63,968 bases of DNA from an uncultured delta proteobacterium. Its GTDB lineage: Bacteria; Myxococcota; Myxococcia; Myxococcales; Anaeromyxobacteraceae. Both the position numbers and the translations under genes were made by a program. This document shows positions 51,937-62,754 of this stretch, piece after piece (the first letter of the stretch is position 1; each line of letters starts with the position of its first letter). The notes under the pieces are model-generated. The model worked only from the letters and a program-made list of their open reading frames with translations, was not told the origin of the DNA and ran no database searches. The stretch is taken from the NCBI GenBank assembly GCA_963845515.1, contig CAWJSR010000011.1:1-63968 (forward strand). The letters are read 5' to 3'.

Positions 51937-54161
51937 CTATCGCCCCCGGCTGCCATCGCTGGCGCGCCTGACGATCTCCTCGGCCGTCAGCCCGCTCCGC
52001 GCCGCCCACTCCACGTCGAGCCCCAGCCCGTGCCCCTCGCCGCGGCCGGCGAAGCGTACCGTCACCGAGCCCTCCTCGACCTCCTCGGGACAGGAGAGGA
52101 GCTTGAGCGGCCCGCGCAGCGCCTCGCAGGGAGCGTCGCGCCGCTCCTCGTAACGCCCCTCGCCTTCCTCGACCGTCGCCGTCCAGCGCACCCGCCCGCC
52201 ACCGAAGGCGATCGCCCGCGCGGGCCCTCCCAGCGCCGCCTCCACGGCTGCGCGAGGGCGCTCGGCGGTCCAGGGCTCCGACCCACCGCGCGAGAACGGG
52301 ATCCAGCGGCCGGGGGGGAGCGGCGAGGCGAGCGCCGTGCGCTCCTCCTTCGACGGCGCGACCGTGCCGAGGAAGGCCTGGCAGTGGGTCGTGTCGCAGA
52401 CCGGCCGTCCCGGATGGCGCGACGCGCGTCCGTTCCGGTCGGCGATCCGCGCGAGGGCGATCCGCGCCTCTCCACGCAGGGACGCGGCCTCCGCCGAGAC
52501 GATCCCGCTCGCGTAGGCGAGGCGCGTCGTCCGGAAGACGCAGGTCGGAGCCCCGTCGGGCTCGCCGCTCGCGGTCGGTCGGTCGATCACCTGGGGCGGG
52601 CCGATACGACGGCGCCGGCTCCAGCGCGAACACGCCGGCGTAGTCGCGCGGCACGGCGAGCCCCGGGTACCGGACCCTCCACGCCCCGCCGAGGCAGACG
52701 GCAGGGCCGCCACGCGTCAGCTCGACGATCGGCGCCTCCGACTCCGGCGCGGCCACCGGGCCGCCGGGCGCCGCGGTGAAGCCCCTGCCGGTGCACCGTG
52801 CGACCGGCCCCTCGGTCGGGAGGAGCCCCAGGACCTGCACCCGCGCCGCGCCTGCCGCGGCGCCCCTCCACCTCTCCAGGACGTCCGCCAGCTCGCCAGC
52901 GAAGGATCGCGGCGCGCGTCCGGCCCGGACCATCACCACCACCAGGTCTCGATCGATCGCGGCGATCCAGCCGACCCGCGGCGCCGCCTCCGCGGTGAAG
53001 ACCGTCCCCGTCTTGAGCGCCACCCCAGCGAGCCGTGCCGAGGCCTCGAGCCTCGAGAGCGTCCCCTCGCGCGCGTTGCGTGAGAGGACGTCCACGAGGT
53101 CGGGGCGCGCCTCCGCAAGGAGCCGATAGCCCTCCGCCAGCGCGCGCGGTGAGATCCGGAGCGACGGCCGCACGCCGATCGCCTCCGCGCCGTCGGCGGG
53201 GAGCCCGCTCAGGCCGAGCGCGACCAGCGCCGGGCCCCACCGCCCGAGCGTCACCACCGCTGGAGCGCGAGCGGCCCAGTCGAGGAACCAGCCGTTGCAC
53301 GAGCGAAGCAGCGCGGTGGCGGCGTCGACGCGCTCGGGCAGCCCCTCCCCGCAGCGCCAGCCGGGGCGCGAAGCGTCGGCGCGCAGCAACGGGGAGGGTC
53401 CCGCTCGCGCCGGCTACCATGAAGGGCTTGAGCGTCGAGCCGAAGGGAAGCGGGAGCGTCGCGCCGCCCGAGGACTGGAGCAGCTCCCCGGAGTGGCGCG
53501 AGATGACGACGAGCGCGTCGGCCGCCGGGGCGCGGTCGTCCGCGAGCTCCGACGCGGCGAGCGGCTCCCAGCGCGCGCCGGGCTCGCAGCGCGCGAGCCG
53601 CCTGTCGAGCGCCGGTGGGAGCCTCCCGGGGGCCGGCGGGCTCTCGGCGAGGAGGCGCGCGAGCGCGCGACGTGCGCCCCGTCCGTCGAGTGAGCGCGCC
53701 CGGTCCAGCGTGTCCAGCGCCTTCACGAGCGGCAGGTACCGTCCCTCCTCGCCGCCCTCGCCCTGCGCCCACTCCGCGAGCTCGCCGCTCGCCAGCAGCG
53801 CGAAGGTCTCGTGGAAGAGCGGATCGCCGGCCGCTGGCGGGCAGGCCTCGAGGAGCAGCGCGTGGGCCGCCTCGTGCCGGAGCGCACCGCGCGCGCGTTC
53901 GTCGAACGGTCCGGGGCGGAGTCCGATCAGCCCTGCGCGGACGACCGCCGCCTGCCCGGGCGGAAGGCCGTCGGCGGGCCCGATCCGGAGCGGCCGCGGC
54001 GCGGGAGGAGGCGCGACGCCCGCCGCGGCGAGCAGCGCCTCCGCGGCGACCCAGCCCCGCTCCGCCTCCGCGGCGGCCTCCGCCGGCAGCCCTCCCTCGA
54101 CCCGGAGGGCCGGGACCGCGGCGAACGCGAGGGCGACCAGCGCCGGCCCGATCAACGCCAC
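51937..54161 (-). CDS. YfaQ-like multidomain exported protein: HExxH domain, PBP-like transpeptidase motifs, SpoIID/LytB domain (apparent frameshifts near 53390 and 52545)
   Basis: LRHEAAH..FHE; FGSTLKPF, LRSCN, LKTGT; VCDTTHCQAFLG and GRGEGHGLGL. Confidence 0.7.
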
Positions 54162-54162
54162 C

Positions 54163-57100
54163 TCACTGCCTGGTGGCGCCCGATGGCCTGATGGTCAACG
54201 TGGCTGCAGCCGAGCGCCCCCGGACGCGCGGCGCGTACATGTCCTCCACGGTCGCGGGCGGCGCGGCGAAGGTGCCGGGGAACTGCGCGCGCAGGACGTA
54301 GCCGACGACCCGGGGGCTGCGGCTCCACGGCGCCGGCTCCTCGAAGAAGAAGAGGGCCCGCTCGGGCGAGAGCGCCCTGCGCTTCAGCGCCTCGTGCGCC
54401 AGCGGCAGCGCCCACGGCTGGCCGCGCCACTCCTTGTCCTCAGCGAGCGGCGTGAAGCCGGCGGGGACGGCGTCCTCGACGACGTAATAGGCGGAGCGGA
54501 GTGAGGACCACGGCTCGCCCTCGTGCGCGTCGAGCGTGAGCTCCACGTAGACCTCCTCCCCCTGCGCGACCGCCTCGCCGGGCTCGATCCGCTTCCGCCC
54601 GGCGGGGAGGAGCCTGTAGTAGCTCCTCGCGACGCTCATGCCGTCGGAGCGAGGCGTCACCTTGTCGAGCGGCAGGCGCACCCTGGCCGAGAGCTCCACC
54701 TGTCCGTCGAACCCGGACACCGTGACGGCGCGTGCGCCCACCGCGAGCGACGCCGAGAGGCCCGCCCCCCTGCGCTGGAGCGCAGGGGAGGCTCCCCCGT
54801 CCACGTCGACCTTCGGCGGCGCAGCGACGGCGAGCGCCCGGGCATCCTTCTCGATGAGCCAGAGCGAGTGGAGGATCGCCGTCGAGCGCTCGAACGTCGA
54901 GAGGGCGCCTGGATCCGAGAGCACCTCGACGAGCCGGCGGCGCGCCTTGCCGAGATCCACCTCGCCGAGCGAGGCGGCGTGACCGAGGATCGCGGTGAGG
55001 CCGGCGCGCCTCAGCGGATAGGACCAGGCCAGCTGCGGATCGACGCGCACCTCCTTTCGCAGGAAGGCCTCGCTGACGCGCGCGAGCTGCGATCGGATCG
55101 CCTGCTTGACCGGCGGCTCCGCGAGGATCCCGGCCCGCTCCGCGGCCAGCAGCGCGAGCGCGACCGGGTACGGGTCCTCGGCCGAGGCCGCGGCGACGCG
55201 CTCGAGGAGCGACCTGACCCTGGCCGCCTGCCGCGGGCCGTCGAGCCTCGCGAGGACGAAGGCCCTCGTGGCGTCCAGCGAGAGCGGCAGCTCCTCCTGC
55301 CGATCCAGGAAGCGGGCCGCCTCGACGATCCGGGCGTCGTCCCGCTGGACGAGGCCGGCGTCGATCGCGTGCGTCAGGCCGTCCAGCGCGATCAGCGTCA
55401 GCCCCACGCCCGGCTGGCTCTCGCCGGCGAACCAGGTGAAGCCCCCGCCCGGCCGGGAGAGCGCGAGGATCCGATCGATCCCCTGCACCGCCCGCGACCG
55501 CGCCTCCGCGACGAGCGCCTGCCCCGGCGCGTCGAGGCCGCGAAGCGCGCCGGTCTGCTCCAGCACCCTCGCCAGCGCGATGTTGGGGATCGTCGTCGCG
55601 ACGAGCTGCTCCAGGCATCCGTACGGGTAGGTGAGCAGCTCCTCGACCCCGGCGAGCGCCACGGCCACCGTGGACGGACGGAGCGCCAGCTCCACCGACT
55701 CGACCTGCGCCCCCTGCGGGATCGGCAGCGCGAGCCGGCCGGATCCCACCGCTGCCACGGCTATCCGCTCCTCCACACCGCGCGGCCGGACGGGGAAGCT
55801 CCGGCGATCGGTGAGCGGCCTGTCGCCTCCGTCGACGCGCAGCGAGACGGTCGCGCTCCCGGCCGCCTTCGCCTCGAGCTGGACGAGGACGACCTCCTCG
55901 CCCTTCGAGGCGAGCTCGATGGACTTGCGCGCCCCGGGAGACCCGATCGCCCCCTCTGCAGAGACGTCGAGCGCGAGCTTCTCCGTGCCGCCCTTCTCGC
56001 CACGCGCGAGCCGCACGCTTCCCGTAGCCAGGTCCCCCTCCCTGAGGAACTGCGGCAGCGACGCGACCACCTGCGTCCCGCCCCGCGCGGCGAACTCCTT
56101 CGTGCCCTCCCCGAAGCGGCCGGAGGCGTCCGCCGCCACGGCGGTGACGGTCCAGAGGGTCTGGTTGGACGGGAGCGTGAAGGTGACCTGCGCGCGTCCG
56201 TCCTCGTCGGTCGTGACCGCCGGGTTCCAGTAGGCGGTGTCCACCTCCCGCGTCTTCGTCGGCGGCTTGACCGCCGCGAAGGCGTGGCCGGGCCGGCGCA
56301 GGAGCCGCGCCAGCGCCTCGCCGTAGCCGTAGCCCTGGAACTCGGCCGAGGTGAAGGTCGCGACGTTGTCGCGGACGAGCGGATAGAAGAAGTCGAGCGC
56401 GCGCGGACGGATCTCGCCCTGGAGCGCGTAGATCGCCTTGTCCACCACGCCGACGGAGAGCTGCGCCCGCACCCCGCGACCCAGGTGATCCGTCACGCGG
56501 AGCTGGAGCTTCTGTGGCCCGAGCGGGACCGCCTCGGGTCGCTCGGGCGCGATGGAGATCGCGAGCACCCGCTCCGGCGGGACGATCCGGAACGGCGCGG
56601 TCTTCTCCTCCCATCGCCCGGCAGGCGTCGGGTAGGCGATCGACGCGTAGACGGCGCTGCCGAAGCGGCGCTCGACGGGGAACCTGTGGAGCAGGGTGAG
56701 CCCCTCCACCTCGACGAGCCGGGTCTCGAAGATCCCCGTGCCAGAGAGCGTGATCCAGACCCGCCCCTTCTCCTTCCCTCCCGGCCCCCAGCGCGCGGGG
56801 AAGAGCGCGACCAGCTCCGCCTCGCTGCCGGGCGCGAGCGCTCCACCGCGCGAGGTGAGCTGGAGCGCAGGCACGCGCACCGCCTCCTCGCCCTTCTTGC
56901 CTACGACGAGGATCGATCCCTCACCCGTCCAGGGCCTGCCCGCGCCGTCGAAGAGGGTCACCTTCGCGATCATCGTCCCCGGCCCCGGCGCCGGGAGCTT
57001 CCCGCGCCAGACGCCGTCGAAGGGGGTCGAGATCTCCTGCTCGGAGATGGACTTCTCCTCGCCGCCGGCGGAGCGGAGCACGAAGGCCACCTTCCCCTTC

Positions 57101-58878
57101 GCGCCGGCGAACGGACGGCCCGAGAGCGTCGTGGCCCGCACCGCCAGCGCCGCCTCGCTCCCCTCGATGGTGACCACCGACGCCGGCCGGATCGTCGCGA
57201 TCACCTCGCTGGGGGCGAGGTAGTGGGGCCTCGAGCCGCTCGCGAAGGTCCCCTGGTCGTCGCGCGCCCGGATCGAGAGCGTGTAGCGCCAGGGGAAGCG
57301 GTCGTCGCCGGCGCCGAGCGCGGGGATGGGGATCTCGACACGCGCCTCGCCGTTGGCGTCCAGCAGCGGCGCGGTGGCCCAGGGATCCTCGGCGTACTCC
57401 TGGCCGCGCGCCTGGATCGAGGAGTAGAGCCGCTCGGGGACGGAGAGCTTCCCCTCGGTGGTGGAGGCCGAGCCGTAGGTCACGGCGCTCCCCTGCGCGC
57501 CGAGCCCTGCGTCGTCCACCCACGCAGGGCTGTCCACCACCGCGCGGTACAGGAAGACGTCGTAGCGCGTGCGCTCCGGCGCGCCGCCCGCGTAGCGCCG
57601 CGCGCGGACCAGCGCCCTGATCGTGCCGCCGGGCTGCACGGTCTCCGCGTCGCCGATCACCTCGACGTAGAAGGTCGGCTTCACGTACTCCTGCACGCGC
57701 GCCTCGGCGCCGTGCGGCCTCCCGTCGAGCCGGGCCTCCAGCCGGACCACGCCGGTGGCCACGTCGTCCGGCACGCGGAGGCTCCCGCTGAACGAGCCGA
57801 ACTCGTCGACGCGCGCCGTCGTCGACGCGCTCCTGCCCTCCGCCACGCTCAGCGAGACCGCGACCTCGCGCGTGCGAGGGGTGAAGAGGCGCGAGAGCAC
57901 GCCGTCCGGCTTCCGGACGATGCCGCGGAACTGGACGACGTCGCCGGGGCGGTAGATGGGCCTGTCGCTGTAGATGAAGACGTCCGGCGTCGCCGCGAGC
58001 GTCGAGTAGAAGTCGGTGTCGACGACCGCCACGTCCTTGCCGGAGCGCACGAGCACCAGGAGCCGCGGCTCCCTGGTCTCGAGCCGCGCCTCTCCGTTCC
58101 GGTCGGTCTTGCCGCGCGCCCCTGCTCCCGCCGCGGTCCGCAGCTGCACCTCCGCGCCCGCGACAGGGGCGAGGTCCTCCCCCGCCACGCGCACCAGCAG
58201 CTCCCCGTCGGTCTGCTTCACCTGCACCTTTAGGTCGGTGACCACGAGGAGCACCTGCCCCTCGACCCGCCCCTGCACCAGCTGGAGGAGGTAGACGCCG
58301 GGCGGGAGCGGGTCGAGCTCGACGCGCCGCTCCTCGTACCCTCCCGAGGCGGTCCACTCGTCGAACCCTGGCACGCTCCAGTTCCGATCGAGCCCGCCGA
58401 GGTCGAGGTTGAGCCACTGGCGCCGGACCACCGTGGCGCCGGGCGGCAGACCGACGATCCTCTCCGGCCCTTCGGTCAGGCGCACCAGCTTCCGATCGGA
58501 GGGAGGCGTCTCCGGCCGGCGCGGCAGCGCGTCGGCCAGCTCGGTGCGGAAGTCCGCGCCGAGCGCCCTGTAGAGGAAGGCGCCCGGCAGCCGGACGGCG
58601 TTGAGGCCACGCGACAGGTAGCGCCCGGGGTTCTCCTTCGCCTCCACGGGCTCCCACGCGCGGCGCAGGTTCGCCTGGCGCGCGACGAAGGCGTCGAGCG
58701 AGTCGGGCTTCACGACGCGCAGCTCCACTGGGCCGCGCCGCTCGAAGGCGACCTCGATCACGGGCTTCTCGTGCGTGCCGAAGGCGCGCGGGACGGTCAT
58801 GTAGAGCGGCTTGGCCTGGGCGGCGCCGGCGCAGAGGAGCGCCGCGCCGAAGAGCGCGCGGACGACGCGGCGGATCAT
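54163..58878 (-). CDS. Bacterial alpha-2-macroglobulin (YfaS/MagD-like), 1571 aa
   Basis: Signal peptide MIRRVVRALFGAALLCAGAAQA, YSDRPIYRPGD, EYVKPTF, VVDKAIY, DTAYWNP, LPQFLREGD, YPYGCLEQ, EDAVPAG, PPATVEDMYAP. Confidence 0.92.
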   Translation of the reverse strand: MIRRVVRALFGAALLCAGAAQAKPLYMTVPRAFGTHEKPVIEVAFERRGPVELRVVKPDSLDAFVARQANLRRAWEPVEAKENPGRYLSRGLNAVRLPGAFLYRALGADFRTELADALPRRPETPPSDRKLVRLTEGPERIVGLPPGATVVRRQWLNLDLGGLDRNWSVPGFDEWTASGGYEERRVELDPLPPGVYLLQLVQGRVEGQVLLVVTDLKVQVKQTDGELLVRVAGEDLAPVAGAEVQLRTAAGAGARGKTDRNGEARLETREPRLLVLVRSGKDVAVVDTDFYSTLAATPDVFIYSDRPIYRPGDVVQFRGIVRKPDGVLSRLFTPRTREVAVSLSVAEGRSASTTARVDEFGSFSGSLRVPDDVATGVVRLEARLDGRPHGAEARVQEYVKPTFYVEVIGDAETVQPGGTIRALVRARRYAGGAPERTRYDVFLYRAVVDSPAWVDDAGLGAQGSAVTYGSASTTEGKLSVPERLYSSIQARGQEYAEDPWATAPLLDANGEARVEIPIPALGAGDDRFPWRYTLSIRARDDQGTFASGSRPHYLAPSEVIATIRPASVVTIEGSEAALAVRATTLSGRPFAGAKGKVAFVLRSAGGEEKSISEQEISTPFDGVWRGKLPAPGPGTMIAKVTLFDGAGRPWTGEGSILVVGKKGEEAVRVPALQLTSRGGALAPGSEAELVALFPARWGPGGKEKGRVWITLSGTGIFETRLVEVEGLTLLHRFPVERRFGSAVYASIAYPTPAGRWEEKTAPFRIVPPERVLAISIAPERPEAVPLGPQKLQLRVTDHLGRGVRAQLSVGVVDKAIYALQGEIRPRALDFFYPLVRDNVATFTSAEFQGYGYGEALARLLRRPGHAFAAVKPPTKTREVDTAYWNPAVTTDEDGRAQVTFTLPSNQTLWTVTAVAADASGRFGEGTKEFAARGGTQVVASLPQFLREGDLATGSVRLARGEKGGTEKLALDVSAEGAIGSPGARKSIELASKGEEVVLVQLEAKAAGSATVSLRVDGGDRPLTDRRSFPVRPRGVEERIAVAAVGSGRLALPIPQGAQVESVELALRPSTVAVALAGVEELLTYPYGCLEQLVATTIPNIALARVLEQTGALRGLDAPGQALVAEARSRAVQGIDRILALSRPGGGFTWFAGESQPGVGLTLIALDGLTHAIDAGLVQRDDARIVEAARFLDRQEELPLSLDATRAFVLARLDGPRQAARVRSLLERVAAASAEDPYPVALALLAAERAGILAEPPVKQAIRSQLARVSEAFLRKEVRVDPQLAWSYPLRRAGLTAILGHAASLGEVDLGKARRRLVEVLSDPGALSTFERSTAILHSLWLIEKDARALAVAAPPKVDVDGGASPALQRRGAGLSASLAVGARAVTVSGFDGQVELSARVRLPLDKVTPRSDGMSVARSYYRLLPAGRKRIEPGEAVAQGEEVYVELTLDAHEGEPWSSLRSAYYVVEDAVPAGFTPLAEDKEWRGQPWALPLAHEALKRRALSPERALFFFEEPAPWSRSPRVVGYVLRAQFPGTFAAPPATVEDMYAPRVRGRSAAATLTIRPSGATRQ

Positions 58879-60342
58879 GACTTGAACCCCCCGGGGACGA
58901 GCGCGTCCCCCTTGGCGACTCCGCGCAGCCCGACGAACGGCAGCTCCTCGAGGAGGCGGCGCGCCGCCTCGATCTCCGGGGCGGGGGCGGTCTTCTCCCC
59001 CTTCTCGGCGCGTCCAGGCGTCGGCGACGAGCCGCGAGAGGACTCCGCCGACGTTCACGCCGATCCCGACCGAGAGCGGCGCGCGCAGCCCGGCCACCAC
59101 CTGCGGGGCGGCGCTGAGCATCGACGGCGCCTTCCCGCTGCACGCGCGCTCGGCCGCGGCAGCCAGGCTGGCGGTGGAGGCCAGGATCTCGTGGCCGCAG
59201 GCGCGGCGGCGGACCAGCTCGTTGGGGCCCGAGAAGGCCTCGTCCAGCAGCTTCCGATCTCCGTCCGGCCAGAGGATCGCCACCTCTGGCACGCGGTCCC
59301 GCTCTCCTCGCGGGTTCCAGACGACCGCGAGCGTGCGCTGCTGCGTGGCTCCGCTCCACTTGCCCGCGAGGTGCGCCTTCAGGCTCTTCCTGTCCAGCGG
59401 CTGCGGGAGCTTGAGTGCGGCGAGCAGCACCACACCGGAGTCGGCCGGGACGAGCCGCAGCAGCGGGTCCGATGGAGCCGCCCCCTCGACCTTCCCGGGC
59501 GCGTCCAGTGCACCGAGGATGCCGCGCGGGACGAGCGCGTCACCCTCCACGGCGAAGGCGAGGCGCGGCGCGGGGCCGACCCCGAGCAGGGCGGCCAGGA
59601 GCTGCGCCTCCCGCCCCAGCCCGGTCCGCGCGAAGGAGATCGAGAGGTCGATCCCTTCGGCGCGCGGCACGTCCGGCGGCACGGCGCACGCCGCCTGGAC
59701 GACGGCCATGGGGTGGCGCGCCACGACCAGCCGGTCTGCGCGCAGGGCGCCGTACACGGCGTGCTCGGCGACGAGCCAGCGGCTCACCAGGATCGGCTGC
59801 CCCGAGGCGCCGGCCGCCGCCGCGGGCCCAGGGCAGCGCGGCGCCTCGAAGGTGCCGTTCTTCGCCACCGTCTCGAGGAGCTCGAAGGCGGCCCTCGCCT
59901 CGGCTCCCGGCGCCGGCACCACGACTGCCGGCACGCCGGTCGCGTCCGGTCCGGAGTAGGTGATGACGCGGAACGGCTCCGACAGCAGCCGGCCGGCGAC
60001 GAGGTCGAGCACCTGCCCCTCGAACGCGCCGCCCAGATCCTTCCCGTCGGTCGAGAGGAAGGCGGTCCAGCCAGCCGTGAAGCCCTGCCCGAGCGGCTCC
60101 TCGAGGGCGCGCCTGACCCACGCGTTCCGCCTGAGCGCGTCCCAGGCCTTCCTCGGGGCGTGCACGTCCACCCAGACCGACGGCTCGGGGGGCGTCTCGC
60201 CCACCTGGAGCTTCTGCACGGCCGCCTCCTTCCTGGCGACGCCGGTCCCCTTCCTGAGGGCCTTGACCATGACCACCGCGAAGAGCACCGCTGCGAGCGC
60301 GACGGCAGCGGCGACGGCGAGGTTCCTTTTCACGGAATCCAC
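58875..60342 (-). CDS. YfaA/DUF2138-position membrane-anchored protein (apparent frameshift near 59010)
   Basis: N-terminal TM helix; the corrected frame ends EIEAARRLLEELPFVGLRGVAKGDALVPGGFKS-stop in an ATGA overlap with the A2M start. Family assigned from operon position only. Confidence 0.65.
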
Positions 60343-60932
60343 TCCTTCCAGCGGTAGAAGCCCAGGAACAGCGGGTTCTCCGGCACGGGGCGCCAGCCCC
60401 CGGGGGCCTCGCGCGCGAGCGCGTCGAGCGCCCCGGCGCGGACGGCCGCCCCCTTCTCGCCCGGGTGATAGACGACCTGCGCGCGCCCGTGCGCCGGATC
60501 CGACGCGCGGACCACCATCATCAGGTGGAGCACCGGCGCGTCCTCCTCCTCACGCGAGAAGGCGGCCAGATCGCCGGCGCGGAGCGCGGCGAGCGCCTCG
60601 GGACCGCGTCCGATGGGGGCGAAGCTCCCGCGCAGCAGCGTCGCGGCGTCGGCGAAGGCGGCGGGGGCGCCCGCGGCGTCGCGAAAGAGCCCCGCGGCGA
60701 CCCGCTCCGGCGCCAGCCTCCGGAAGGCGGTGCGGTACGCGAACCGGACGAGCCCGGCGCAGTCGCGCTGCGACTCCTCCCAGGCCGGGTCGATCGCCTC
60801 GACCTGCGCCGCGGCGGTCTCGGCGATCGCCTTGCGCAGGAGGTTCTCGGAGGGTGGACGGGCGATCAGGCGCGGTGAGGGGGCCGCTCCGTGGAGGAGC
60901 GCCGCGGCGGCCAGGACGACGGCGTCGAGCAC
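60330..60932 (-). CDS. DUF1175 (YfaT-like) protein, NlpC/P60-like
   Basis: QRDCAGLVRFAYR, AGDLAAF, HLMM, VYHPG, WRPVPENPLFLGFYRW. Confidence 0.85.
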   Translation of the reverse strand: MLDAVVLAAAALLHGAAPSPRLIARPPSENLLRKAIAETAAAQVEAIDPAWEESQRDCAGLVRFAYRTAFRRLAPERVAAGLFRDAAGAPAAFADAATLLRGSFAPIGRGPEALAALRAGDLAAFSREEEDAPVLHLMMVVRASDPAHGRAQVVYHPGEKGAAVRAGALDALAREAPGGWRPVPENPLFLGFYRWKEWIP

Positions 60933-60935
60933 GCG

Positions 60936-61835
60936 TCAGTACTCCTCGCCCGGGGACGCCTTCGCGAGCTCCCGCGCGATCTCCTCGAGGTTCTTCGGCC
61001 AGCCCTCGCCGGGAGGCGGATCCTGGCCGGGCACGTAGACCTGCGCGCGGCCGGAGCCGAGCACGTTGATCCACGCGAGCACCCTCGTCGTGCCGCGCGT
61101 CGCCAGCGGCACGCGCACGGCCCGGCGCGACTCGGCGGGCGTCCCCTCGAAGAGCGTCAGGTTGAGCGTGCCGACCGTGTGGCCCTTGTCCCCAGAGGGC
61201 CAGTAGTTGGTCGCGATGAGGAAGACCCCCTTCGGCGGCGCGCGGTGGACATAGAGGTACGGGCCGTAGCCGGGCTGGTCGAAGTCGCCGCCCTGCTCGT
61301 TGAGGTAGAAGGTCCCGCCCGACGGGCTCTCGGTCCTGGCCCAGAAGACGTGGGCCGTCCGCTTCAAGTCCAGCATCCCCTGCGCGTCCACGGACTCGGC
61401 GGTCGGCTCGTAGACGTGCAGGTCGGTGTAGACGCCGTCGGTGTCGCTCGTGAGGACGGCGCGCAGCGGCACGGGCGCGACCTGCGCGAAGGCGGTCACC
61501 TCCGCCGTCCCCGTCCCGCCCTGGTTGGTGGCCATCGCGACGACGACGATCTTCCCGCTCGCCGCCGGGAACTTGCGCGAGAAGCGACCGTTGAAGGTCC
61601 GGAGGAGGTAGCGGTCGCCGTTGATCGAGACGGTGACCGGATCGACCGTGGGATCGGAGATGGTCCCTGCCACCTCCACCATCCGGCCGACCGTCCAGCC
61701 GCCGGTCGGCGCGGTCAGCTCGACCCTGGGCCGCTCCTTGCCCTTGCCGGTCGGGACCCCCTGATCGCGCGACGGCGCGACGGAAGCCGGGCCCGCGCCG
61801 AGCGACACTGCGAGACTCAGCCAGAGCCCGATCAT
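60936..61835 (-). CDS. DUF2135 (YfaP-like) exported protein
   Basis: Signal peptide, Ig-like domain, LRAVLTSDTDGVYTDLHVYEP, PGYGPYLY, GVFLIATNYW. Confidence 0.8.
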   Translation of the reverse strand: MIGLWLSLAVSLGAGPASVAPSRDQGVPTGKGKERPRVELTAPTGGWTVGRMVEVAGTISDPTVDPVTVSINGDRYLLRTFNGRFSRKFPAASGKIVVVAMATNQGGTGTAEVTAFAQVAPVPLRAVLTSDTDGVYTDLHVYEPTAESVDAQGMLDLKRTAHVFWARTESPSGGTFYLNEQGGDFDQPGYGPYLYVHRAPPKGVFLIATNYWPSGDKGHTVGTLNLTLFEGTPAESRRAVRVPLATRGTTRVLAWINVLGSGRAQVYVPGQDPPPGEGWPKNLEEIARELAKASPGEEY

Positions 61836-61914
61836 GGTCCCCTCCCATCGCCCCCTTCCGAGAGCGCAGGGTATGGTATTCCACGCAAAGTCACCTCGGG
61901 GGAGAATCCGCACG

Positions 61915-62746
61915 ATGCTCGCCTTTCGCCGCGCCGCCTTCCTGGCCTTCGCCGCCGTCTTCACCTCCTGCCCGGCGCCAGAGGGCGACGAGGCGGTCGA
62001 CGCTGCCCCACCCTCGATGGTCCTCTCGGCGACCTCTCACGCCTTCCCGGCGAGCGAGTGCGGCTCGGCGCTTCCGATCCCCTGGTACACCACCGTCACG
62101 GTCACGAACGGCGGCGGCGGCGCGCTCCTTCCTCCCAGCGCAGCAGTCACCTACGACGACGCGGTCTCCGCCTGGCTCCGGACGACCATCGGCGGCACAG
62201 GGGCGCCCTACTCCATAGGGCTCTCGCTGGCGTCCACGGCGATCGCCGTGGGCGCCCACACGGCACATGTCGCGGTGACCTCGCCTGGGGCGGCCACGAA
62301 GACGATCACGGTCACGTGGGAGATCACCGCGAGCACGACGCCGGTGATCGGCCCGTCGCCACTCGAGCTCTCGTTCGCCTGGAAGGCCGGCGACCCGGCG
62401 CCGGCGCCGCAGGTGATCACGGTGGCCAACCTGGGCGGCGGTACGCTCTGCGCCGCTCGGCGCCACTCCCGGCGCCTCGTGGCTCACCGCGACCGTCTCG
62501 GCGGGAGACTCCATCACGGTCACGGTCTCGCCGGAGGGGCTGGAGAGCATGCGCTACGGCTCCAACGTCAGCCTCGCCAGCAACGGCGCCGCCAACGACG
62601 GGCAGAGCGTCTCCGTCTGGCTCGACGTGACGTGGCCTGGGACCGTCGACACCTCGACTGCGGACGCCTTCGCGAGCGGCCTCATGACCCGGATCGAAGA
62701 GGGCTACTACTGCACGTACCGGGATTCCCCCACCGCCTGCTACTGA
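61915..62746 (+). CDS. Lipoprotein with tandem BACON/Ig-like domains (apparent frameshift(s) near 62450)
   Basis: Lipobox-like AAVFTS-C; repeated VTVTNGGGG..WL and ITVANLGGG..WL modules; the C-terminal part is in the 62549..62746 frame. Confidence 0.6.
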
Positions 62747-62754
62747 GCCCACCC

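Noticed and set aside
54163..60342. 2059-aa giant A2M fusion
   Set aside because: An internal signal peptide at 58878 and an ATGA-overlapping stop in the neighbouring frame show two genes joined by a frameshift near 59010.
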